Of a stretch of 64,000 nt of DNA, positions 52,116 through 61,197 are shown piece after piece. The position numbers and the translations under genes were made by a program. Source of the DNA: a virus; the IMG/VR virus record IMGVR_UViG_3300027956_000006; one strand, written 5' to 3'. Below the pieces are notes generated by a model. That model was not told the DNA's origin and did no database searches. It saw nothing but the letters and a program-made list of their open reading frames with translations. Position 1 is the first letter of the stretch. Each line of letters starts with the position of its first letter.

Positions 52116-52467
52116 CTCCTTCCCCCCTCTCCATTAGTGCGTGGATGAAACTTGCTATCGCTTCACAATCTGGCTCTGTTAACATAGCTTGTACATGGAA
52201 TTCTTCACAATCCGGTTCTGTAAGTATAGCTTGTACATGAATTACTTCGCTCAGATGAAACTTACACTTCAATAACATCCTTTTTATATCAGCTTGGCTC
52301 GGCACCTTACACCACCCCTGCTTTCGGAGTTTGGTTTCGTTGACGGGGAGATTAGAGACTTTTAATACTGCATCATTAAAACCTCGATTGTAATGTTTTG
52401 TTGGGCAAGCCTGAGTTTCAGACTCAAATTTTCCAACAGGCATATTCACTAAATTAGATAGCTTCAT
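52081..52467 (-). CDS. MKLS family paralog 3 (internal HVQAxLTEPDCE duplication)
   Basis: ~145 bp near-identical to 51250-51395. Confidence 0.7.
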   Translation of the reverse strand: MKLSNLVNMPVGKFESETQACPTKHYNRGFNDAVLKVSNLPVNETKLRKQGWCKVPSQADIKRMLLKCKFHLSEVIHVQAILTEPDCEEFHVQAMLTEPDCEAIASFIHALMERGEGDERVRISKRIS

Positions 52468-52533
52468 TTTAGCTCCTTTCTTATCACATCATCTAAGCTG
52501 GACTGGGTCATCTTAGGCTACTCCTTTTGTTAA

Positions 52534-53651
52534 TTAAAAATAGTTAGTACCATTTAGTTGTTTTGCTTTTTCCCAATTATAATATACCCACATATAAAGT
52601 ATTAAACTAATAAATAATAAAACCAAAAGAGTTAAAAATGAAAGAAACATAAATATAACTCTTTCTTTTGAACTGCCTATCCACCAAAAGAGCTTTACAA
52701 AAAGACAGAATCCTATAATTTCTGCTATTTTTAAACCAATAAATGTTAAGACTACCTTTAATCTGCGCTTTGTTATTTCTCTCATTTTATCAGTCCTTTC
52801 TGCGTTGTTATGGCGTAGGTAATTGTTTTTGCTTGTCAAATTCTTTTGTTAAATAATCGCAGTGTATTTTCAAAATGCTTATATTAGCACCAATACAAGT
52901 AACCACATCCATTAAATGCGAGGTTTTAGAATTAGCTGTCTGCTTTAATAATTTCGATACTTCTGAAATACTCTTTCTTATTTTAGGATAATTTTTTAGT
53001 CCGTTCCAACTATGATTACTCATTCCCCCTCCAATCTGCCCGTAGGTTGGTTAGTAATTCCTAATTTCTTTTTCTTCTATAAAATCCTTTAAAATAACTT
53101 TTCCACACTTAGGGAACACGACAGGTAATTGCGGATACCACGCCTCACGATGAATAGTAAGATACTTTTTGGCAAAAATCCATCTTACAGGAAATTTTTG
53201 CTTCAACCATTTAGGAAATTTTTCCTCTTTGAATTGTTGCCACCATGTAGGGCACATTTTGAATACTGCAACATAAAGTTCTTTAGGTTCTTCTTCGGCT
53301 AAAATTTCAGTTTTTAATTTATAAACCAATCCATTTATAACAACGCTTTCAATTTTCTCTATTGTCAAACTTTGCAATGAATGACCATCCAAAAACTTAT
53401 CAGCTTCACAATGAACTCTTTTAAGTTCAACGCTCATATACTCCCTCACATCATCTTTCATTCAGCACCTCGCTTTAGATTTCTTCTATTGTGATGCGGA
53501 CTTTAATAACAGATTCTCGGTACTCCATACTTTTCTTAACCTTTCCAATGTCTGGCAAGCGTCCTGCATTATAAAAATGTGCTTTTATATATTTTAAATC
53601 ACAACTGCCAATCCACCCCACCAAACTTTTCTTCCGCTTCTTATCCTTCAT
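52534..53651 (-). CDS. Hypothetical ORFs (52534-52839 two-TM, 52808-53023, 53051-53461, 53475-53651)
   Basis: ORF track plus manual MKDKKRKKSLVGW ORF. Confidence 0.55.
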
Positions 53652-53667
53652 GGCTCTCCTTTTTAAT

Positions 53668-53843
53668 CAGTGCGCCGGCAGGATTACGTTTGCATCGCCA
53701 TATTATAGGTCGCCTGCAAAACTCCACTGTCTATCACAGTACCTGCGTAGGTTCATAGTCTCGGAATTTGTTTCTGTATGGTTATCCGCAAACTCCAAAG
53801 ATAGTTATTACTGGTGTCCATACGCCACAACCACCGCCTTGAT
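53668..53843 (-). ncRNA. tRNA-like element C (expanded D- and T-loops)
   Basis: AAGGCGGTGGTTG-TG-GCGTA...TACGC; ACTGT-GATAG-ACAGT; GCAGG...CCTGC; CGGCGCACTG. Confidence 0.6.
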
Positions 53844-53846
53844 GGT

Positions 53847-54104
53847 TTAATAGCCGTAGCCGTTGCCGTTGCCGTCGCCGTAGCCGTAGCCGTAGCCGTT
53901 GCCGTCGCCGTAGCCGTAGCCGTAGCCGTAGCCGTTGCCGTCGCCGTAGCCGTTGCCGTCGCCGTAGCCGTAGCCGTAGCCGTAGCCGTAGCCGTCGCCG
54001 TCGCCGTCGCCGTTGCCGTTGCCGTCGCCGTAGCCGTTGCCGTAGCCGTAGCCGTTGCCGTTGCCTATAATACTATGAGCATCTTCTAAAGTTTTGTTTG
54101 CCAT
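53847..54104 (-). CDS. Gly-rich G(Y/D/N) dipeptide-repeat protein
   Basis: GGCTAC/GGCGAC/GGCAAC hexamer repeats; overlaps upstream gene. Confidence 0.65.
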   Translation of the reverse strand: MANKTLEDAHSIIGNGNGYGYGNGYGDGNGNGDGDGDGYGYGYGYGYGDGNGYGDGNGYGYGYGYGDGNGYGYGYGDGNGNGYGY

Positions 54105-54424
54105 TTAGACACCTCACAGTCAAGAGTTAATACAACGGTCATGTAATCAAATTCAACTACCCCATGACATTTATCCAATTTTGTTGTAGAAGTAACTCCG
54201 TCTTTAGCAAGTTCTCCCAAACCTTTTGTTGTACCCCATATTCTAATTACTGAGGCATTATACAATTTACATTGAGATCCTAACCTCGCAAACCTGCCAA
54301 CAACAATCCAACCACGTTGTAACACTACAATCTTTATATCACTGTTAATATCTTTTTCCTGTATTGTACTTTTTTGCACATATACTACCCCATTGATACT
54401 GACCTCTTTTTCTTGTATTTCCAT
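54086..54424 (-). CDS. Conserved phage protein (DUF6948-like)
   Basis: IVVLQRGWIVVG...IRIWGTTKGLGELA. Confidence 0.6.
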   Translation of the reverse strand: MEIQEKEVSINGVVYVQKSTIQEKDINSDIKIVVLQRGWIVVGRFARLGSQCKLYNASVIRIWGTTKGLGELAKDGVTSTTKLDKCHGVVEFDYMTVVLTLDCEVSKWQTKL

Positions 54425-54454
54425 TCTTCACTTCCTTTCCGCCTTGATAGTTAA

Positions 54455-54628
54455 TTATTTTACCCAGATAACCCCAGATTCACCGAGCTTTTGTTGTTGA
54501 TGGTATCCATTTTTTATAAACTGAGAATTCATTTTGTAACTGTAAATCGACAAACAGAGAATCAACCCAATAGATATAATCATTATAACAACAGCCCAAA
54601 TGATACATTCATTATCCCAATTATCCAT
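54455..54628 (-). CDS. 57-aa single-TM protein, copy 1 (not in ORF track)
   Basis: MDNWDNECIIWAVVIMIISIGLILCLSIYSYKMNSQFIKNGYHQQQKLGESGVIWVK. Confidence 0.7.
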   Translation of the reverse strand: MDNWDNECIIWAVVIMIISIGLILCLSIYSYKMNSQFIKNGYHQQQKLGESGVIWVK

Positions 54629-54786
54629 ATCTCCCTTTCCGCCTTATCGGCTTGGTTATTTGTTCTCAAGTTCTTTTATCTTATCTTCCACAACAATTAC
54701 ACCTTACACAAATTTCTCCATAACTCCACATAACAGCATAACAATCTTTTACTACAGCTATACTCATCTCCCCTCCTCATTTAATC

Positions 54787-54921
54787 GGCGGTGATTGGCA
54801 GGATTTGACCTGCAGGACTTGTTTTATTTCCTTTACGGTTAATACGGCTCTACGATTTTAAGGACTTTATCAAGTCAACACCGTAACCGTTTGGCGTATT
54901 CAATACGCCTCAACCACCGCC
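54787..54921 (-). ncRNA. tRNA-like element B (expanded anticodon arm)
   Basis: 11-bp GGCGGTGGTTG/CAATCACCGCC; GGCGTA-TTGAA-TACGCC; ACGGTTA/TAACCGT; GACTT-GATA-AAGTC; GCAGG-TCAAAT-CCTGC. Confidence 0.7.
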
Positions 54922-54932
54922 TTGATTGTTAG

Positions 54933-55133
54933 TTACTTATCAATAACTATAACAAGGGTGGCATCAACAACTGAAGTTGTTTTCTTTACTTCTCCAGCCA
55001 ACCGATAAGTAGACGCTTTACTAATTGCGTGCTTCAGATTCTTAGCTAATACATTGATTATTGTTGTATCATCTTCTGTTCCTGGTAAATAACCCGTCTT
55101 TTTAACTGCTATGGTACATTTATAAACATTCAT
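54933..55133 (-). CDS. Hypothetical protein
   Basis: ORF track, GGGAG RBS. Confidence 0.6.
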   Translation of the reverse strand: MNVYKCTIAVKKTGYLPGTEDDTTIINVLAKNLKHAISKASTYRLAGEVKKTTSVVDATLVIVIDK

Positions 55134-55161
55134 TTCTCCCTTTCCACCTTATCGGCTTTGG

Positions 55162-55671
55162 TTATTCCACTAACCTGTATTTTGCATTGTTAATTATAAC
55201 CTCTTTTGGATTACTAATCTTTTCAGGTGCTTTTATAATCTCTAACTTCCCGTCTAAACAAATAGGTACTTGGTGTGCCTCTCGTTTGGCTTTAATCGAA
55301 ACACATTTTATCGAGTTGTAAACACAACAGAAAGCGTAATATATGATGTCCCTGGCGGTGATGTTCCCGGCGTTGATGTCACAGGCGGTGATGTTCCTGG
55401 CGTTGATGTCACAGGCGGTGATGTTCCCGGCGTTGATGTTCCTGGCGTTGATGTTCCTGGCGGTGATGTCACAGGCGTTGATGTTCCCGGCGTTGATGTT
55501 CCCGGCGGTGATGTCCCAGGCGTTGATGTCACAGGCGGTGATGTCCCCGGCGGTAACAACTATGCTCGCACTAATTGAAATCGAACACTCAAACTTTACA
55601 TTCCCCTCGATTGCCAAAACTCCATCTTTAATATCTGCCTCAACCTCTTGCTGCGTTTTGTAAATCTTCAT
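55162..55671 (-). CDS. Pentapeptide-repeat (xI[N/T]Ax) beta-solenoid protein
   Basis: 15-bp repeats encoding DITAC/NINAG/NINAR. Confidence 0.75.
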   Translation of the reverse strand: MKIYKTQQEVEADIKDGVLAIEGNVKFECSISISASIVVTAGDITACDINAWDITAGNINAGNINACDITARNINARNINAGNITACDINARNITACDINAGNITARDIIYYAFCCVYNSIKCVSIKAKREAHQVPICLDGKLEIIKAPEKISNPKEVIINNAKYRLVE

Positions 55672-55685
55672 ACTCCCCTCCCTGT

Positions 55686-56513
55686 TTACCTCGGTTTGTC
55701 CAACTCCCCCAACTTCTTCCTCTTGATGATAGCGCTTCTACTCCATCGTCTTTGAAAGTTTTTCCACCCTTTTGAGTATTCAATATCGTTTTCTTTATTT
55801 TTGAATAATTGCGCAAAAGGTAAGCACCCCATACGATATACTTCGTTTAGTCTATGGATGTTTTCTCTTGCATTATCTCCGATTAAAACATAACAATAAA
55901 TATGGTTTTTAGTAAACCCTGCTTTATGTAAAATATCAATCGCTTTTCTTAACGGCTCAATTCCATTCGGTTGATCACACGCTAACCATAAAGTTTTTAT
56001 TCTTAACCCTCGCAAATCTTCTGCTATCTTAGGAGTAATTCGATACTTTTCTAATCCACCCTTAAACTCGATAGATTTTTGTTTTTTAAGCATACTTATA
56101 ACTAATCTCCAATAGCGATCTGAACACGCTAAAATATTGTTGTCTTGAATAATGTTACCTTCGGGGAAATCATCAAACTCAATCACTCCTTTTCTTACTA
56201 TACAAAAACTACAATTATTCGGGCAACCTCTTGAAGTAATTGTAATGCCTTTTTTAAGATACATACCAGGTACAAAGGGTTTATCACTTTCACCGTTAAT
56301 AGCAACTCCTCCAAGTTTTACTTTATGAATACCGTCTGACCATTTTTCTACCAATTCTTTAGCTTTTGGGATATCCCAAGTAAATTGACAAGAGATGTGG
56401 ACTTCTTCATATCTTGGGAACCATAAATCTCTGGGATCATCTTTATACGAAAAAGATAAAGAATCTATTGGCGTCATACTTGTTCTACTTGGGAATACTC
56501 TTGCTATTCTCAT
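55686..56513 (-). CDS. Radical SAM protein
   Basis: TSRGCPNNCSFCIV; QDNN; YCYVLIG. Confidence 0.85.
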   Translation of the reverse strand: MRIARVFPSRTSMTPIDSLSFSYKDDPRDLWFPRYEEVHISCQFTWDIPKAKELVEKWSDGIHKVKLGGVAINGESDKPFVPGMYLKKGITITSRGCPNNCSFCIVRKGVIEFDDFPEGNIIQDNNILACSDRYWRLVISMLKKQKSIEFKGGLEKYRITPKIAEDLRGLRIKTLWLACDQPNGIEPLRKAIDILHKAGFTKNHIYCYVLIGDNARENIHRLNEVYRMGCLPFAQLFKNKENDIEYSKGWKNFQRRWSRSAIIKRKKLGELDKPR

Positions 56514-56677
56514 TTGGTTATCTCCCCTCTCTCAATAGCCTCAGTTAATCTACGCTCTAACCTTTCTCTATCCATCTTTTCTTACCTCTTCATTCTTTTT
56601 AGAAAACCTTTATATGCCGCTATCCTACGAAGCAAACTTTTATTCGCTTCTTGTTCTTCTTCATTTACCCTCCTTTC

Positions 56678-57183
56678 TTAAGAATAAACATCTATTTCTT
56701 TCTCACATTTTGGACATTCTATATAAACCCCATATACACCACAACTTTCACAAGATAAAATATGCAAACAAATCGGAGTATCTTGTTTTTTGGCATCTGA
56801 ATATTCCCAATGCGATAACAAACCTTCTACTTTTGACTTACATTCAGGACAAACAAATTTAATGTGTATGCTCATAATTTCTTCCGCTTCTTATCCTTCA
56901 TGGTTACTCCTTTTTAAATTATTAAAAATTCATTTGGTTCTTGGATATTAAGTTTCAAGATAATCCTATTAAGTTTTTTCTCAATACGAAAGAGATAATC
57001 TTTAACACTGTCCGACTTAGCTTCTGATAGCCTTTCAACCTTGTCTTTCATAGCTTGCAATTCTTCATATGTTCCAAAATGAATTGCCTTAGTTTTAGCC
57101 ATTTCTTTAGGATCACTTAACGCATCTATTAAAGACTCTTGCACTAAAATCTTACTAAATGTTCCATCATTATATTCTTGCAT
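56678..57183 (-). CDS. Zn-ribbon ORF (56678-56875) and hypothetical ORF (56914-57183)
   Basis: CPEC/CESC/CPKC; ORF track. Confidence 0.6.
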
Positions 57184-57200
57184 TAGCTCTCCTTTTTAAT

Positions 57201-57284
57201 CAGTGCACCGGCAGGATTTGAACCTACGATTATCCTCTATCGAAGATGCGCTTAACCAGACTACGCCACAACCACCGCCTTGAT
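57201..57284 (-). ncRNA. tRNA-like element A (near tRNA size; pseudo-tRNA with GAU in loop)
   Basis: TG-GCG-TAGTCTGGTTAAG-CGC; ATCTTC-GATA-GAGGAT; GTAGG-TTCAAAT-CCTGC; imperfect acceptor stem, no CCA. Confidence 0.7.
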
Positions 57285-57290
57285 AGTTAA

Positions 57291-57464
57291 TTATTTTACC
57301 CAAATAACCCCAGATTCACCGAGCTTTTGTTGTTGATGGTACCCATTTTTTATAAACTGAGAATTCATTTTGTAACTGTAAATCGGCAAACAGATAACCA
57401 ACCCAATAGATACAATCATTATAACAACAGCCAAAATGATACCTTCATTACTCCAATTATCCAT
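57291..57464 (-). CDS. 57-aa single-TM protein, copy 2
   Basis: Direct repeat of 54455-54628. Confidence 0.7.
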   Translation of the reverse strand: MDNWSNEGIILAVVIMIVSIGLVICLPIYSYKMNSQFIKNGYHQQQKLGESGVIWVK

Positions 57465-57488
57465 TCTTCACTCCCTTTCCGCCTTTGG

Positions 57489-58065
57489 TTATTTGTTCTC
57501 CTGTGTAGGTATTGATTTAAGCCTAACCTTGTGATTTCCACTATAAATTTCTCTATCAAATTCTTCTAAGTATCCTAACTTTATCAGTTTATCAACCGTT
57601 GCCAATTTGTAATGATTCATTGTTTTATGCATAAAATAATAAGAAGTAGGATTGTAACTCCCCATGTAAGGCATATAATGGAGAAAATCACCCATCTTTA
57701 AATCATTTAACAATTCTTGTTGTGTTTTACTTAGTTTCATACCCTCTCCTTTACTTGTCCGGATTCTGTTTGTTTAAATCAAAATATTCACAAAGACTTT
57801 CTATTAATTCTTTCTTACTACTACTTTCTTCAATTAACATTTTTACATCATCCTGAGTAATTTTCTGATCATAAGTTGTTTCTTCTATTCTTGATATGAT
57901 TGTGCTTGCATAATAATTTGTTTTAGATAATCCTGTAAAATATTCATATACTTTACTTGCTTGTTCCATTAGAAAACCATAGTCTAATAATTCATTCATC
58001 ACTTTTCTTTTGCTTAACCTACCTTTTACATAAATTATCCCTTCCCAATCTTTTTTATTTAGCAT
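57489..58065 (-). CDS. Two hypothetical ORFs (57489-57740, 57751-58065)
   Basis: ORF track. Confidence 0.6.
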
Positions 58066-58128
58066 TTGCCTACCTCCCCCAACTTCTGTTTGTATGTGGT
58101 GATGAGTCCTTCGAGTTTAAATTATATA

Positions 58129-58836
58129 TTATTGCTCCATATTAATACCTAACCTTTTCAAATTAATTTTCTTTTTTATAGTAATATTATTTGCTTGGAG
58201 TAATTTTATAAATTCTAAAATCTTTTCCTTACTTGGTTCTTTTAATCCACAATTCTTACTGTCTATACCTATATTAACAAAACTTGGTTTAGCATTAACA
58301 ATTAATAATGCAAAATCTTGAGCATCGAAATCTAAAGCTGGTTCAATCGTAATAAATGTTTTAAAACCCGCAGCAGCAATTTGCGTTATCCCCTCTATGC
58401 GCTCCATAGATAGTGGTGCTTTACTTATATTATCCATATTACGATTAGTTTCTATGGTAGTCCCAATAAGCGAATTCTTAGGAAATAAAGCAAGAAATTC
58501 TACCATCCGTTTAGGGTTTTTACTCTGAAACACATATTGATTACCAGAATATTTCCGACAATGATTAAGAATCTTTACTATCCACAACCTATCTATTTCT
58601 TTAGCAAACATATCATTCATATGCTCAATAAATATTATTTTATTAAAACCATAATCAACCCCAAACTCTGATTCAATTAATCTAAGATCACCTAAATAAC
58701 GTGGACTGACCCCAAACCTATTCTTCTGCACATAACAATAACTACATTTATGTAGACATGCACCAGCTAAATGAGAATGCATATGTGTAACCCAGTCATA
58801 CATATTTCCCTTAGATATTTTTAACATGCTGCCCAC
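58129..58836 (-). CDS. Radical SAM / DUF5131 (Gp37/Gp68)-like protein
   Basis: CLHKCSYCY; IFIEHMND; QSKNP; GTTIET; TIEP. Confidence 0.75.
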   Translation of the reverse strand: MGSMLKISKGNMYDWVTHMHSHLAGACLHKCSYCYVQKNRFGVSPRYLGDLRLIESEFGVDYGFNKIIFIEHMNDMFAKEIDRLWIVKILNHCRKYSGNQYVFQSKNPKRMVEFLALFPKNSLIGTTIETNRNMDNISKAPLSMERIEGITQIAAAGFKTFITIEPALDFDAQDFALLIVNAKPSFVNIGIDSKNCGLKEPSKEKILEFIKLLQANNITIKKKINLKRLGINMEQ

Positions 58837-59071
58837 CCCTTTATATTTTATAATATTTATTTAATAAACTTAAATCTAAAGCAACTTTACTTGCTCTTTT
58901 TATTCAATACTATCTCCAATCTCTTGATAAAAATATCGTACCCCTCACTAACAGTCTCGCCAAATTCTTGTAACAATTCCTGAGACAATTTTTCATCATC
59001 TTCCTTAATTTTTATAATCCTCATTATCCATTTTTTTTGTTTTTCTTTTAACATTTTAGCTCCATTTAAAA

Positions 59072-59227
59072 GGCCTTAACAAGATTCTTACTTGATTTTA
59101 GAGATAGCATATGGTCATTTATCTATCATAACACGGCTCTCAATCCTCGCCAAGCCATATGAAACCGTGATTATCTATCTAGTTCGAGGTTTCCTCTAGA
59201 GCGTTTTCATCAGAACGCCATAAGGCC
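59072..59227 (-). ncRNA. tRNA-like element E (expanded central arm)
   Basis: 7-bp GGCCTTA/TAAGGCC; TG-GCGTT...AACGC; CATATGG/CCATATG; TTAT-GATAG-ATAA; CAAG-TAAGAAT-CTTG. Confidence 0.6.
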
Positions 59228-59238
59228 AACTTTAAAGT

Positions 59239-59484
59239 TTAAATATTGTGTATTCTATCCTCTGCTTTGGTAAAATCTATATAATACTCCTTACCTATTT
59301 TAAAAAAATCATACGCTTGTTCATTAGTGATAGTAAGTGCTATTTTACCAGAAGGAGTGTACTTAGAAAATGTTTTATTCTCTTCACTCCCAGTTATAGC
59401 CGGAAGTAATTCTACGTTAATATTACCTACGAAAATTTCTAATCTTGATACAACAAACTTTGCTCTTAATATATTATCTCCCAT
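59239..59484 (-). CDS. Conserved small phage protein
   Basis: LRAKF...ENKTFSKYTPSGKI...GKEYYIDF. Confidence 0.65.
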   Translation of the reverse strand: MGDNILRAKFVVSRLEIFVGNINVELLPAITGSEENKTFSKYTPSGKIALTITNEQAYDFFKIGKEYYIDFTKAEDRIHNI

Positions 59485-59532
59485 TTAAAGTCTCCTTATT
59501 TTGTCCCTGTCTATTATATTTAAAACATTAAT

Positions 59533-59604
59533 CACTGTTTTAAGTTAAACACTGTTTTAAGTTAAACACTGTTTTAAGTTAAACACTGTTTTAAGTTAAA
59601 CACT
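59533..59604. repeat. Perfect 17-bp tandem repeat x4.2
   Basis: CACTGTTTTAAGTTAAA. Confidence 0.9.
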
Positions 59605-60248
59605 TAGTCTGTGCCCCATATTTACGGATATTGAACCTTCGTAATCTTGCCATAATTTCCTTATATATAATATCAACATCTTTCTTCTTTACTTTTTTCT
59701 TACCATGTAAATATGCATAATCTGTTAATCTAGTCACTAAAGATTTCATTCCTATATTTTTTAATTCACTTTTATTCTGCATCTGATACCCCTATTAATT
59801 TAACTAACAATTCATAAAGTCCCTTTGCAACATTCCAATGTTTTTTCTTCCCATTAACCATAACCGTAATAAAAACACGACCTCGTTTTAAATTTACATT
59901 TTTCTTAACAATCTCAATCTTATCATCATAACGCGTTAATTCTGTAAGTAATGCTTCCCCAATATGCTTTTCTATTGCGTAATGATCTACTAAAACCGTA
60001 CAATTATAATGAGCACCTTGTAAAGATAAATTATTCCAATCAAAGTTCCCTAGAGAAGCTGTAGTTTCAACTTTTATACCGAATTTATTATTATAAGGAC
60101 TTTCATTACCTAATAATAAAGCTATTCTTCTCCTTTCTTGTTCATCAACAGCAATAATATACACCGCCCTACCTAAAAGAGCTAGTTTTTTAGCCTCTTC
60201 CAACATCCTAGTAGTTCTCCCAGTATTTCTTTTGTTTTTCATATTCAC
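59591..60248 (-). CDS. Hypothetical ORF (59591-59782) and P-loop-like ORF (59772-60248)
   Basis: RNTGRTTRML...VLVDH. Confidence 0.55.
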
Positions 60249-60278
60249 CCCTATTCAATCTCTTCCTTTTTTAGTCCT

Positions 60279-60569
60279 CTATAACCCACAATCATAATTC
60301 AACATATTCAATTTATCCTGTAAACCTAATTTATTCAGTTCTCTTATCATTGAACTAGAAATATGAGATAATTTTCTATCACAAATAAAATATACTACTG
60401 GAATTTCTAATCCTAAATCTTCGTTCCAATATTGCATATTTGTCTCATATTGTAAATCAGCACCATTTCTTAGCCCTCTAATTACCGCAGAAGCTTGAAC
60501 TTCTTTACAAAAATAAACCTCATATTTTGTTCTAATTATTTTCATTTCTAAACTTTTTTTATAACTCAT
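60279..60569 (-). CDS. C-terminal half of a CoaD (phosphopantetheine adenylyltransferase)-like protein
   Basis: VIRGLRNGADLQYE...N...HISSSMIREL; no HxGH motif. Confidence 0.7.
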   Translation of the reverse strand: MSYKKSLEMKIIRTKYEVYFCKEVQASAVIRGLRNGADLQYETNMQYWNEDLGLEIPVVYFICDRKLSHISSSMIRELNKLGLQDKLNMLNYDCGL

Positions 60570-61197
60570 CGCAATTTCTTTTTTATATTTTGACAAAATT
60601 TCTTAAACTTAATTTTAAACTTTACTTTATCTAAATCAATACCCCTTTTATTAACCCACAAACAATCATTCCACAGACATCTTTCGAGACCTGTATAAGT
60701 ATCAAATTCTACGCCAAATCTTTTACATCTAGGACATCGTTTCATTAACGATCATTACCTCAAATATTAAAATCAGAATTTTGAATTTCGAATTTCGAAT
60801 TTCGAGATTTAAGACTTATTTAAACCCATTCTGATCTTAATCGTTTTATCTTGCTTTTCTTTTTTAACAATTTTATATTCTTATTTATAGAGGGTATTGA
60901 TATAGTTAATTTATCAGTAGCACAAAAACCACAACTTGATACCAACTGAAATCCTATACACCCTGATGCGTTAGGGCCACCAGTCATTCCACAATTAGCA
61001 CATTTCCAACCCATTTATTCCACCCCTATCTTACTTGTATTATTATCATTATACCAAATCCTATCAACAAGAACTTTTAAACCACCAGCCTTATCTATTT
61101 TTCTACAAAACCTATTTGTTAAAACTATAACCGCATATACCTCAATTACTATAAGTATTGCCAAAAATATCATTGATACTTGAGCTTCTCGATTCAT
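60566..61197 (-). CDS. Small ORFs (60566-60745 MKRCPRC, 60820-61014 Cys-rich, 61015-61197 single TM)
   Basis: Manual translation and ORF track. Confidence 0.55.

Noticed and set aside
53814-55663. Poly-(VA) ORF 53814-54089 and repeat ORFs 55270-55578, 55308-55559, 55343-55663
   Set aside because: Alternative frames of the GYG and pentapeptide repeat genes.
57201-57284. Functional tRNA-Ile(GAU)
   Set aside because: Anticodon loop is 4-6 nt, the acceptor stem is bulged and there is no CCA; kept as tRNA-like only.
59185-59220. Hammerhead ribozyme (CUGAUGA...GAAA on minus strand)
   Set aside because: CUGAUGA sits in a hairpin loop, and stems I-III cannot be formed in hammerhead geometry.
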